A stretch of 64,000 nt of DNA from the human T2T-CHM13v2.0 reference genome, Homo sapiens. The notes beneath the pieces were generated by a model. That model was not told where the DNA came from. It was given only the letters and a program-made list of their open reading frames with translations, and ran no database searches. Positions within the stretch are counted from its first letter, which is position 1, and every line of letters starts with the position of its first letter. Below are positions 12,986 through 26,554 of the stretch, in pieces. The position numbers were made by a program, and so were the translations under genes. The stretch lies in the NCBI RefSeq assembly GCF_009914755.1, contig NC_060932.1, one strand, 5' to 3'.

Positions 12986-14728
12986 TTGTTTATGTTGTGA
13001 ATCCTCAGAGCTCCAATGTTCTCCTGTCTTCAGGACATGTCCCCTTTCCTCTGCACTGCAGCGTTTTCTTTCTTTCTTTCTTTGGCCTCTCACTAGTGAG
13101 GGGAGAGCCCCCCACGCCTGTGGCCCGGAGCCTGTGAGCAGCTGCCCTCCACCTGCCCTCCTTCCAGCTGGTGCTGACTAAACCCCCTAGAAGGATGGCT
13201 GGAAGGCAGAGGGTGCCCACAGCGCCCACCCTGCTCATGCCAGCGTGGCAGGTAGAGTGGTTTTGGGTCTCCTGCTCCTTGCCTGGCTCCCCTCTTTTCC
13301 CTGTCAAGTGGGACACATGAGAAAATGGCGATTCCCATCATGCACTGCTGCAGGGCTCTTCCCCTCCACCCCCACAGGAGCACAGGCCCCTCCACTCCCC
13401 GGCTAGACCGCTGCTCCTTGCATGCTGGGGGAAGTGGTACACTCTTGTCCCAGTAAACCACAACTCCAGGACAGGAATCTCTTGGGTTGGTGTTGACCAC
13501 ACCCTGGAGGCGACCTGAGACGGGCTCCGTGTTTCCATGGAATGTGCCTCCTCAGGGCGGCAGTGGTGCTTTTATGCCCAGTTTCACTGTCAGGAAGCCA
13601 GTGGTTAAGTCCTCCCAGGGCCTGGGCAGGGGAACTGTCAGCCCTATGCATCATGGAGCAGTAAGCTTGGACCCTTCAGCTTCCTGTCTTGGGGGGCTAC
13701 ATCCCACTCTGCTGAGCAGGAATCTGCCACCCCTGGTGCCCCAGGGTGAGCAGCAGAATCTGAGGAATGGCCTGCCCTGGAGAGTGGGCCCATCCCGGCA
13801 CCCAGCTCAGAGCCAGAGGCTGGTGGTTGGGATGTTGTGGAAGGGAAGCCCACTGCATTGCCTGGGAGCCTGAGCCCAATTCTGCACCCCAGCCCCAGTT
13901 ACATATCAAAGGGGGGGCCCAGGGCTGGGTAAGGGTTGGGAACCCAAGGCTAGTCCCAGGGAGCAGAAGACAGGGTGCACATTCAGAGAGTGCGGGTGAT
14001 TTTCCAAATTTCAGCTTCATTGTGAAACATCTATACAGGGAAATACTCACTCACTGTTAAAAAGGATGACGTGCACAGACATGCATGCACGTGTGTACAA
14101 TGTCCACTGCTAAATGGCAATTTCACAACATAAACCGGAGCGCATGAGGGGACTCCGTCCACCTGAGCTGCTGGCAGGCATGTTGGCTTGGATTCCCGAA
14201 TGCGAGTGACCATGACTTACAGCTGTGGGGCCATGCATGTTTTCTTCCTGTTATTTTTACCTATTTGTTATTGGTTTTAAATTAACTTCTTTCAATTTGT
14301 TAGTAAAATATGAACATCCCTGTTCTTCCCCCCTGGCAAGGTTTTCATGTGTCCGGCACCCGGTTCCACAGGCCCTAGAGGGAAGCCAGCAGGCAGGGCT
14401 GGTCTCAGACACACTCAGTTGTGTCAGCTCTGGCCTCGGCCGGCCGCCTTCCCCTGGCCCATTTAGCAGACACAGCCATGAATCACAGCTAGCAGCTCCA
14501 TTCCCAGGAGCACTCGGTGCTTTGACGGAGGAGGAACCAGGGCTGGTGCAGAACCTGACCACACTGGTGCAGCTAAGGCCATGGTCCCAGTAGGAAGACA
14601 GTGGGGGCTGGGGTCACAGGACCATTCACACCTCCACAGGCCCCCAACCCGCTCTGCCTGGGGGGACTTGCAGGGACCGTGGGTTCCCCAGACCCATCCT
14701 GAGTCAGTTGGCCTCCCTCCAATGGCTG

Positions 14729-15051
14729 AAGACCACGCCCCTTGCCATGACCTGGGTCAGATGATCCTCAAAAAGGGGGGAAAGGAGGCCAACGTCAGGG
14801 ACATTTCCTGAGCTGAGTGCCCTGCAGTCACCGCCCCCTGACAGCCGCCCTCCCACACACCAGGGCCTCCTGGCCACAATCAGGCCTGAGCAGCCCAGCA
14901 CACACTTGCTTCCCTGCAAATGGGCCGGGCTCCCAGGTGGACCCACATCTCCCAGGCTGACCCCTAAATACATGCCTTGGGCAGTGAGGGGCCGAGGAAG
15001 GCAGCAGAGGAGGCGGAAGCTCACAGGTCTGAGAGACCCCACTCAGCCCCA
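14729..15051 (+). repeat. Inverted repeat, left arm (323 bp)
   Basis: Reverse complement of 15999-16321; 6 mismatches and no indels by manual comparison. Confidence 0.97.
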
Positions 15052-15361
15052 GCAGGACTGACATGCCCCCAGACTGAAGTCAAGGCCATGTGCAGCTTCC
15101 TGGGCACACACGTGTGGAAAATGCACAAAGCATAAGCCGAGTGTGGGCTTGCCTCTCAGACCAGCCTGAGCCCAGAAGCCTGGCAGTTATCAACAGTAGG
15201 AGGGGCCTCTCTTGGGAAGGATGGAATTCCTAAATGAGGAAGGGCCCCTGGTCTTCAAGTCCAGGATGCACCACGAAGAGGCTTTAAACATGCTCACACC
15301 TCAAGTCCACCCGAGCCCATCTGTTGTTGCCCAGGCACCACCTGATTCCATTCATTCCCCA

Positions 15362-15630
15362 CACCCAGAAACAGGCCCTCCACCAGAACCACCTGGAAAC
15401 AGGCCCTCCACCGGAATCACCCAGAAACAGGCCCTCCACCGGAATCACCCAGAAACAGGCCCTCCTCTAGAACCACCCAGAAACAGGCCCTCCACCAGAA
15501 CCACCCAGAAATGGGCCCTCCAACAGAACCACCCAGAAACGGGCCTTCCACCGGAATCACCTGGAAACAGGCCCTCCACTGGAACCACCCGGAAACAGGC
15601 CCTCCACCAGAACCACCCAGAAACAGGCCC
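15362..15630 (+). repeat. 28-bp minisatellite, about 9.6 copies
   Basis: Unit cacccagaaacaggccctccaccagaac at exact 28-bp spacing. Confidence 0.97.
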
Positions 15631-15672
15631 AGTACCCAGTAATCAAGAATCATGGCTGTTTACCTTCATTGC

Positions 15673-15970
<298 letters not shown>

Positions 15971-15998
15971 TTTGTTTTGTTTTGATCTTCACCCTGAG

Positions 15999-16321
15999 TG
16001 GGGCTGAGTGGGGTCTCTCAGACCTGTGAGCTTCCGCCTCCTCTGCTGCCTTCCTCGGCCCCTCACTGCCCAGAGCATGTATTTAGGGGTCAGCCTGGGA
16101 GATGTGGGCCCATCTGGGAGCCCAGCCCATTTGCAGGGAAGCAAGTGTGTGCTGGGCTGCTCAGGCCTGATTGTGGCCAGGAGGCCCTGGTGTGTGGGAG
16201 GGTGGCTGTCAGGGGGCGGTGACTGCAGGGCACTCAGCTCAGGAAATGTCCCTGACGTTGGCCTCCTTTCCCCCCTTTTTGAGGATCATCTGACCCAGGT
16301 CATGGCAAGGGGCGTGGTCTT
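15999..16321 (-). repeat. Inverted repeat, right arm (323 bp)
   Basis: Reverse complement of 14729-15051; ORFs 14704-15042(-) and 16008-16343(+) translate almost identically. Confidence 0.97.
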
Positions 16322-16699
16322 TGCCGAGATCCACTCAAGGTGAGGGGCAGACCCCTGCATGCTCAGCACAAAGCGTGCCCTGGGTGGGACCCCCACAGAT
16401 GGCTCAGGCTCACACAAGCTCCTGCCATAGCCCATGGGGAGGCCAGCAGCCCCTGAGGGTCACCTCAACCTCCCAGCTCCTGCCCGTTGCCTGGTGCAGA
16501 GGAGGCGCCGATGGACGTTCCCAGGAAGTCTCAGGCCCGGCGCTCTCTCAGACTCAGGCTTCTGGGGGGCCTCTCAGCAGCTCTCCCTGGTCTGTGCCTG
16601 GGCAGCCGCGGTTCCTCCCGCCCGCCATGCCCTGTGGCCTCTGTGACTCCTCCAGGACTGACCGATCCTGGGCAGTGGGGGCTCCGCTGGGCAGTCTCT

Positions 16700-16795
16700 C
16701 CCAGGACTGACCCTGCGAGGGCAGGCACATATCGGGGCCAATTCTGCAGCCCCATCATGTGGCAGAGGGAATTAATGAATGAATGGATGAATGAC
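16700..16795 (+). mobile_element. L2 3' end
   Basis: ctgcgagggcagg...atgaatgaatggatgaatga tail. Confidence 0.5.
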
Positions 16796-16894
16796 AAGTT
16801 CATTAATAAGAACTTGGAAAATAAGGAAACTGAGCCACAAAGTAGCAAGGTGCCCCACTCTCAGGCCATAGGAGAGCTTCTAACACAGAGCAAT

Positions 16895-17110
16895 ATGCTG
16901 GGTAACATTTATTTGGCACTTGCTGTGTTTCCACACTATTCTAAGCACTTTCCGTCCATGACCTCTGGGAGCCTCATGACAGCTCTCAGAGCAGACACCA
17001 GCTCTCAGCCCACTGCACAGATGAGAACAGCAGGGCTCAGCACGGGCCAGTGATTAGAGATCCATGTTTCAGTAGTGACAGAGCCAGCATCTGAACCTGC
17101 GGCTGGCCTT
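16895..17110 (-). mobile_element. MIR SINE
   Basis: taacatttatttggcacttgctgtgt...ctaagcactt...cacagatgagaacagcagggctcag. Confidence 0.8.
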
Positions 17111-17324
17111 CAGCATCCACACTCGGTTGTAACCACGGCTCCACCCTGCCCTGGGCACACAGCGCCTGGGTCCTGAGCATTCCTCACTCACCCTGCACTG
17201 CTTAGAGCCTGGCAGTGCCCCCACCCCAGTGCTGTCCTCAGCCGTGCACCAGGCAGGGGCATGTGGATCCCAGGGAGATTTGATGCGTCTTCCTGGGGCT
17301 ATCTGAAGATACAAGGCTGGGAAA

Positions 17325-17550
17325 GGAGGTAATTTACCCAGTAAGTGATTCAGAACATTATGTTTAGATTGGAACAAACATGGCTATATTAAGAATGCAG
17401 AATGGATTTTTAACATGTAACAAGAGATGACTAAGAAACAGCAAGCCACAATGTTGCAACTCTTCTAACTATCCTGGGGCAGAAGTGACCTTCTAGGTGC
17501 CCCGTGATGCAGTCCTAATTTTACCTAATTAATAAGAGAAACAATGGAGA
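17325..17550. promoter_or_regulatory. AT-rich enhancer-like island
   Basis: ggtaattta, cctaattttacctaattaataa and a SOX-like aacaatgg. Confidence 0.35.
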
Positions 17551-17929
17551 ACCAGAGAGGTTGAGCCACCAGCCCATGGCCACCCAGCAGTGCCTCTGGA
17601 CCAGAGGTGCCCTGACAATGGCTTGGGCCCAGGCACTGACCCAGAGTCAGGTGGATGAGTTAATGCCACAATTACAGACTGACACACCCCACTCCAGTCA
17701 GCTGCTGGCACCCAGCAGTTTTGCCTCCTGCCTTATGCCCCCTGCTCTCTCCTCCAGCCCCAAGTGCAAGTACAGGGAAGGTGATAGCCATGGGGCCAAC
17801 CTTGGCCAAAGGGACGAATTCTTCTCCTTCCCCCTTCCTCCCACCTTGACAGCTATGCAGTGCTGTCTACACAGCTGCTCTCCTGGTCACACATGAAGGG
17901 CAGTGAATGGACTCTGTGCAGGAGGTGTG

Positions 17930-20430
17930 AAAATGGGTAAATGGATAGAGGATGGATGGATGGATGGATAAATGGATCAATGGATAATAGATGAATGTTG
18001 GATGAGTGAATGGGTGGATGAATAGATGGATGGACAGATGATGGAGCAATGAAAGAGAGATGGAGATGGACGATGGATGGACAGAGGATAGATGGGTGGA
18101 TGGATAGATGGACAGAGGATCGATGGATGAAAGAGATGAAGATGGGGGATGGAGGATGGATGGACAGAGGATGGATGGGTGGATGGATGGATGGATGGAT
18201 GGATGGAGGATGAGTGGATGAAAGAGAGATGAAGATGGGGGACAGATGATGGATGGACGAATGGAAGATGGGTGAGTGGATGGATTGACTGAATTCAAGG
18301 ATGGATGGAGGATGGGTGGATGAAAGGGAGATGGAGATGGAGGATGGATGGGCAGAGGATGGATGGGTGGATGAATTGATGAATGGATGAAGAATGAATG
18401 GATGAAAGAGAGATGGAGATGAAGGATGGAAGATGGATGGATGAAGGATGGATGGGTGGATGGATTGACAAATGAATGGAGGAGGGATGGATGAAAGAGA
18501 GACAGAGATGGAGGATAGAGGATGGATGGATGGAGGATGGATGGGTGGAGGAGGGATGGATGAAAGAGAGAGGAGATGGAGGATGGAGGATGGATGGAGG
18601 ATGGATGGGTAGATGTATTGACAGATGATGGAGGAGGGATGGATGAAAGAGAGACAGAGATGGAGGATGGAAGATGGATGGATGGGTGGATGAATTGATG
18701 TATAGATGGAGGATGGATGGGTGGATGGATTGACAGATGGATGGAGGAGGGACAGATAAAAGAGAGACAGATGGAGGATGAAGGATGGATGAACAGAGGA
18801 TGGATGGGTAAATGGATGGATGGAAGGATGAAGGATGAACAGATGAAAGAGAGATGGAGATGGAGGATGGAGGATGGATGAACAGGGATGGATGGGTGGA
18901 TGGATTGACAGATGGATGGAGGATAGATGAATGAAAGAGAGATGAAGATGGAGCATGGAGGATGGATGAATGGGATGGATGGCTAGTTGGATGGATGGAT
19001 GAAGGATGAAGGGATGAAAGAGAGATGGAGATGGAGGATGGAGGATGATGGATGGATGGGTGGATGAATTGATGGATGGATGGGTGGATGGATTGATGGA
19101 TGGAGGATGGATGGGTGGATGGATTGACGGATGGATGGAGGAGGGATTGATTAAAGAGAGATGGAGATGGAGGATGGAGGATGGATGAACAGAGGATGGA
19201 TGGGTAGATGGATGGATGGAAGGATGAAGGATGAACAGATGAAAGAGAGATGGAGATGGAGGATAAAGGATGGAAGGATGGACGGGTGGATGAATTGATA
19301 GATGGATGGAGGATAGATGAATGAAAGAGCGATGAAGATGGAGGATGGAGGATGGATGAATGGGATGGATGGGTAGATGGATGGACGGATGAAGGATGAA
19401 GGGATGAAAGAGAGATGGAGATGGAGGATGGAGGATGGATGAACAGGGATGGATGGGTGGATGGATTGACAGATGGATGGAGGATAGATGAATGAAAGAG
19501 AGATGAAGATGGAGCATGGAGGATGGATGAATGGGATAGATGGCTAGTTGGATGGATGGATGAAGGATGAAGGGATGAAAGAGAGATGGAGATGGAGGAT
19601 GGAGGATGACGGATGGATGGGTGGATGGATGGAGGATGGATGGGTGGATGGATTGACGGATGGAGGATGAATGAATGAAAGAGAGATGGAGATGAGGGAT
19701 GGAGGATGGAGGATGGAGGATGGATGGGTGGATGGATTGACGGATGGATGGAGGAGGGATTGATTAAAGAGAGATGGAGATGGAGGATGGAGGATGGATG
19801 AACAGAGGATGGATGGGTGGATGGATTGACAGATGGATGGAAGAGGGATGGATGAAAGAGAGATGAAGATGGAGGATGGAGGATGGATGAATGGGATGGA
19901 TGGGTAGATGGATGGATGGATGGATGAAGGATGAAGGGATGAAAGAGAGATGGAGATGGAGGATGGATGGATGGGTGGACGAATTGATGGATGGGTGGAG
20001 GATAGATGAATGAAAGAGAGATGAAGATGAAGAATGGAGGATGGATGAACGGGATGGATGGGTAGATGGATGGATGGATGAAGGATGAAGGGATGAAAGA
20101 GAGATGGAGATGGAGGATGGAGGATGGATGGGTGGATGAATTGACAGATGGATGGAGGATGGATGGGTGGATGGATTGACAGATGGATGGATGGATGGAT
20201 GAAGGATGAAGGGATGAAAGAGAGATGGAGATGGAGGATGCAGGATGGATGGATGGACCGGTGGATGAATTGACGGATGGATGGAGGATGGATGAGTGGA
20301 TGGATTGACGGATGCAGGATGAATGAATGAAAGAGAGATGGAAATGAAGGATGGAGGATGGACGGACTAAGGATGGACAGGTGGATATAGTGACGGATGA
20401 AGAGTTAGAGGATGTGTGGATGAGTGGGTG
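17930..20430. repeat. (GGAT/GGA)-rich complex satellite-like repeat, about 2.5 kb
   Basis: Purine-rich + strand with the recurring block gatgaaagagagatggagatggaggatgg. Confidence 0.98.
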
Positions 20431-21369
20431 ATGTCATACGCAGGGGATCATGAGGAGAACAGCGCAGAAGAGAAGGCAGTTTCTCACAGGGCTCTGTGGT
20501 GACTCATCAAACCCTCGCCCTAAAGCCACCTCTGTGGTGTTCCAGAGTCTCTCAGGTCATGGAAGGGGAGCGTACTCCACAAGGTGAACACAGCGTAGCT
20601 TCTGAATTCCTGCTGCAGCTGTGTCACCACAGAGAATCTCCAGTTTCCAGCTGCGGTGACCTGAAGGAGCTTCCACCAGCTCCAGCACTCGGCCAGAACT
20701 TGCACCCGGTAGGTGTCACTGGGGGCGAGTTGCCTTCTGGACAGAGGCATCCTCGCTCAGTGCCCAGAGGAGCTGATGGGAAAACCCTTGGGGAGCAGCC
20801 AGGCCGCTGATCCACGAATTCGACTTTTCCCCAGAACTGTTTTTGCAGAGGCCACCTCAGACGGACAGACAGAGTAGGGCAGAGCACTGGCTAGGGCGCA
20901 GGGGGCAGCAAATGAGGGAAAATGGTCCCTCCTACTGCCTGTCCCCTCGCTAACCAGGAGGAGGCATGCAGAGGCAGGCAGGACCTGTGGATACAGATGC
21001 CGGCCCATCCTGGCCCTGCCTGCTGGGTGAGCACAGCCACAGCCAGCGCTCAGCTCCACTCACTCCTGGCTGTGACAGCTGGGAGTGCCCGGTCCCCCAC
21101 ATGGGAGCTAACAGTGCCCACTGGCTGAGAGGCATGAATGCAGCCACCCCAGCCAGGCTCCGCACATGGCCCTGGCTCCTTCAGTGACCACACACTCAGC
21201 AGCTGTCATTACCATGAAGAAAAGCCAGGTCCCCTCAGACACAGGTGCCCATGCCCCCAGTCCCTGCTGACCCACCCCCATCCAGGCCTCCCTAACCTAA
21301 CCAGGGTGACCCCCAGCAGGATGCGGCCGAGCTGAGATAAAGGCACCTGTGCCAGCCCAGCCCAGGGCC

Positions 21370-21530
21370 TTGGAGGCGGATACTCTGGGGTGCGGCTTTC
21401 TCACTGACTGATCTTGGGCAAATCCCTTAAGCTCCTGGAGCGCCACTGGAGGGGTAAGTATTGAGTGGGATAAAGTCTGCAGGACGCTAGGCCAGCACAT
21501 CCTTACTACATGGTCAGAGAGTGAGAAAAC
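21370..21530 (+). mobile_element. MIR SINE
   Basis: tgatcttgggcaaatcccttaagctcc...gagtgggataaagtctgcaggacgctag. Confidence 0.5.
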
Positions 21531-21830
21531 GGGAAAAGCAGCCTCGGATTCCCGCCCAGCCCCAGGCTGGCCCTGCCGGACTCGCCCTGCACCCCACGCA
21601 CCACGCACAGGCCTGGTCATAGTAAGTGCTCAATGCAAGTGCGTGGAACTCAACTGAGGGGAAAAATTGACTTTCTTCTGCCAAGTGCAGCCCTGAGCGC
21701 TTGGAGCCCTCTGATCAATAGCAGCCGTCACTCCCTCCTGCTTCATTAAGTGGCCGCAGTGCTTGTGTTGGTAGCTGCGGTAGAAACGAAGCGGGTGCCC
21801 TCCATTCTGGTGGAATTGTGTGTGATGTCA

Positions 21831-22625
<795 letters not shown>

Positions 22626-23799
22626 TTATAGACTCAGAAGATGGCAGGGGACCTCTGGGCTCCCCCGACATGCATTTGCCTTCATCCTGAGGTGGGGGGT
22701 CTTCATCTCTGAGCTCTCCCTGTCTCCCCAAGATGTGCATTTGTAACAGCCATGTGCCAGGAGCTGGGGCAGAGTGAGGAGCAGACTGGGCACCCACCCT
22801 CACCTACTGGGGGCCACAGATACCAAGGGGATGCTTATATTAAGGAATGGGGGGGTCGAATGAGCAGACCCTGCCCAGGAGAGGAGACACGGTGGGGTGG
22901 CGGCTTCATCAAGGCGGGCCATAGGGAAGCAGGCGGTGGGAGCAGAAGTGCCAGGCAGATGGCGGGAGCGGGCAGGAGGCAAGAGAGAGGCCGGCAGTGA
23001 GCAGTGCCCACCACTCACCCCAGGCGCCCCTGCTCTGCCTTGTGCCCAGAGCCCCACGCTGGCCCAGGCCTGTGCTGCAGTCGGTGTGGGGACACCTCCA
23101 TTTTCAAGGACACCTACAGGACACAGGTCTGCCTCCCCCATCAGCCTGTGAGTTCTGAGGGCAGAGGCACCTTCCTGGCCTCCATGCCCGGGGGACCTGT
23201 CAAACTGTTGGGCCCCAAGGCAAACAGAGACAGACAGGGTCCCAGCCCTGGCTTCTACCCCGTGGGGGACTCCTTTCCCCAGCAGAGACCCTGCCCAGAA
23301 CCAACTATGCTGTTTCCAGATGACCTGGGCTCAGGCCAGCAGCAGCCTCTCCACCTTGGCCACCACCGGGGAGAAGGGTGGGTGGGTGGGACCAGGACCC
23401 CAGAAGCTGGGCTCCTGCCTGGGAGCAGCTGTCCCCTCTCCCAGAGTTCCCTTCTGATGTTTGATTCCCACCTCCCAGCCCCTCAGAGATTTATGCAAAT
23501 CCCAGCTGCCAGATGGTTCCTTAATGTCAAACACAGGTAGGAAGAATGTCAGCCTTGGTCTCAGCTTCAGTCAGTAGCCACACTTGATGGATAGTCTATA
23601 CTTTCCTCTGAAGCTAGAGGAGTCAGCTTGTCCAGCCCATTGCTCAATAAATCCTTCCTCCCTCTGCACCTGCCCGGTTTGTCCCTGTCCCCCTGGCTTG
23701 ATCACAGCTGCAGGGCCCTTAATCCTCCCCCAACGCACTCAAAGCTTCTGTGAGGCCAGGGACCAGGTGGACACACTTGGATCAATGGCAGCCCCCTCG

Positions 23800-23945
23800 C
23801 TGTCACCTCGTCACCTCCTCACCATCCCTACCATCCTCATCATCAGCACCGCCACCTGAGTCACCCCTCCCTCCCCTCTTACCACGGCCACAGTGTCATC
23901 CCCCCCACCATCACCCCGGCCCACCACAACCACTGCCACCACATG
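23800..23945. repeat. (CAC/CAT)-rich low-complexity tract
   Basis: Directly visible. Confidence 0.7.
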
Positions 23946-24021
23946 GGCAGGGCCCCAGGGCCCACCCCTGCACCCCAGCTCACCGTTAGAGGGAAGGGCC
24001 AAAAGGAACCTGGCAGACAGT

Positions 24022-24877
24022 CCAACAGGGAAACAACAGGCACAATTTAGAAAGGGACAAAGGACTTGACTAGACCTTTCTCCAGAGAGATGCACATGTG
24101 GCCAGCGTGCAGGTGGGAAGACACCCGACATCACTAAGCACAGGGAAATGCAGATCGAACCACAGTGAGACGCCACTCACACCCACTGGGACGGCTACCA
24201 ACAAAAAACAGACAGCAGCAAGTGTCGGCGAGGATGTGGAGAAATTAGAAGCCTTGTGCACTGCCAGTTGGAATGAAAAATGGTGCAGCCACTGTAGAAA
24301 ACGGCATGGCAGTTCCTCAAAACCATTCAACACAGAATCCCCTTACGCCCCAGCAGTCCCACTTCCAGATGTACACCCAAAAGCATGGGAAGCAGAGACT
24401 CAAACAACATTCATGGCACATGATTCGCAACCGTCAAAGCGGGAGCAACCCAGGTCTCCATCCACACACAAAGGGATCAGCAAAATGTGGGATACATGGA
24501 CAGCGAGCATCATTCAGCCTTCAGAAAGGGAAATTCCGACCCCGCGCCGACGTGCATGAACCGGGAGGACATTGTGCTGAGTGACATAAGCGGGACACAA
24601 GGACAAATGTGGTGTGATTCCTGGCATCGAGGCTTCCCAGAGTCGTCAAAGTCAATAGAGACAGAGGACCATGGCGGGACCAGGGCTGGCGGTGGGGGAA
24701 CAGGCAGTTGGTGTTGAGTGGGGCAAAGTTTCAGTTTTACAAGATGAGAAGTGTCTGGAGGTGGACGGTGGAGGCGGTGGCGCAGTGATGACGGTGTGCT
24801 GGGCACTATCTACCACTCTGTACGCAGAAAAAGGCTTAAGGTGGTAACTTAAGATACGTACTTTGCACAATTTAAAG
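24022..24877 (+). mobile_element. L1MB-like LINE, ORF2 3' end and 3'UTR
   Basis: agggaaatgcagatcgaaccacagtgaga...gaggatgtggagaaattagaa...aaaatggtgcagccactgtagaaaac...gtttcagttttacaagatgagaag. Confidence 0.9.
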
Positions 24878-25248
24878 AGAGAATCCGCCCACTGTGACTT
24901 TAGCACACGAGTGCACTCACGTAAATTACAAGTAAAACCTAAATGAACTTCCAGGGTCAGCAGCAAAGGGAAGCACCGGGGGTCCGTGGGAAAGAGGAGT
25001 GGGTGTGCCTGCCCCTTAGCCAGGCCAAGGCCCCCCAGAGCAGGCAGGTGGGAAGGGAGACACAGCCCCACCGCCCTGGCCTGCCGACGGATTTGCTGAG
25101 CCTGTCTTAGAAAGTCCATAGCAGGGAAGCTGGGGGCCTGTGGGGAGCCCACAGCACCTGCCCACACGTGAGCTGACAGTTAGCCAGAGGCCTCCCTGGT
25201 GCTAAGCGGCCCTGCGTGGTACCTTCCAGCGGCAGGGCTGAATCAGGT

Positions 25249-25393
25249 CAGATAGTGGTGGCATGGACAGGCCCAGGGAGAGAACACACCCAGACGGACA
25301 CAGTGCTCCCGATGGACGGATGGCACTTTGCCCACTTAGTCCGAGGCCCCTCTCCTCAGCAGGCCCTTCCTCAAGGTCCCCACCCTCCCTGGA
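25249..25393 (+). repeat. Diverged inverted repeat, left arm
   Basis: About 80% identical to the reverse complement of 26555-26697 (about 29 differences in 145 bp, manual count). Confidence 0.9.
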
Positions 25394-25442
25394 GAGGGGA
25401 CCAGCACTGCCACCCCATTCCACCAGAGAGATATCCTCTCCA

Positions 25443-25836
25443 GACACCCTCAACATGGAGGGAGAGGGGAGCGAATTCACCCCCAGGGGCCTGACACATT
25501 CAACATGGAGGGAGAGGGGAGCGAATTCACCCCGGGGGCCTGACACCCTCAACATGGAGGGAGAGGGGAGCGAATTCACCCCCGAGGGCCTGACACCCTC
25601 AGCATGGAGGGAGAGGGGAGCGAATTCACCCCCGGGGGCCTGACACCCTCAGCATGGAGGGAGAGGGGAGCGAATTCACCCCCGGGGGCCTGACACCCTC
25701 AGCATGGAGGGAGAGGGGAGCGAATTCACCCCCGGGGGCCTGACACCCTCAACATGGAGGGAGAGGGGAGCGAACTCACCCCCAGGGGCCAGACACCCTC
25801 AACATGAAGAGGGGAGTGAATTCACCCCGGGGCCTG
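25443..25836 (+). repeat. 50-bp minisatellite, about 8 copies
   Basis: Unit gacaccctca(a/g)catggagggagaggggagcgaattcacccccgggggcct starting at 25443, 25493, 25542, 25592 ... 25792. Confidence 0.98.
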
Positions 25837-26059
25837 AGCAGCTGCTGGGTTCCTGCTGCCACAGCTCAGGGGCTCTCTGCCCTTTCTAGAGCCCCTCCTT
25901 CTGGCTCCCCTCAATTCCTCGAGCTAGTCAGAGCTGCCCATTTCCTTCCCTCTCTGCACAGAAAAGGGTTTTCTGTTGTTTGCACTCACCAGACCGGATC
26001 CATGAAGCATCTGGAGGACATGGAGAGGGTGTGGCATGGCCAGTCTCACTAGGTGTCCA

Positions 26060-26190
26060 CGTGCCAATGCCCTGTAACCAGCGCCCCAGGCCAGGCCTGA
26101 GCGCTACGGGAGATCCAGGAGAAAGGGATGTGTGCCAGCGTGGCCAGGAGGGCTTCCTGGAGGAGGAGGGCCCTCAGCTGTGCCCTGCCG
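26060..26190 (-). mobile_element. L2 fragment
   Basis: ccaggagggcttcctggaggaggag signature. Confidence 0.5.
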
Positions 26191-26554
26191 GCCACGCAGC
26201 AGGCCCCCTGGTGACAAGCCACACCTTGCTTAGCTCAGCGCTCCGGCATGTGATCAGCACCTGGCAAGCCTTACTCCAGTGGACGGGGCTCCCTTGGGGG
26301 GAAAGGGCTCTGAAGGCCACCACGCCACCCATGTCTCCCCACGGAAGTCTCCATCGAGCCCCTTGGCGGCCCCCCTAGAGAGGGGGACATCAAAAACTGC
26401 TTCAGTTCCTCGTTGGAGGGCTGTCCCCTCCCTCCAGGACCACCATGGCTGGCCACAGGTAAGCCCACAAGTGACTCGCTTGTGCCGTGCATCCCAGAAA
26501 AGACAGCGCCACGTGCAAGCCCAGGTGTCCCCTCTCCATCCTGCAGGCCTTCTG

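Noticed and set aside
17853-19517. 554-aa ORF
   Set aside because: Lies within the GGAT array and is a low-complexity artefact.
24070-24584. ORFs resembling the L1 ORF2 C-terminus
   Set aside because: Degenerate L1 relic, not a functional gene.
25443-25836. Palindromic regularly spaced repeats resembling a CRISPR array
   Set aside because: Units are head-to-tail with no unique spacers, there are no cas genes, and the context is primate DNA; it is a VNTR.
26400-26465. Strong splice donor CAG|GTAAGC near 26458
   Set aside because: An isolated motif expected by chance; no convincing acceptor or partner exon.
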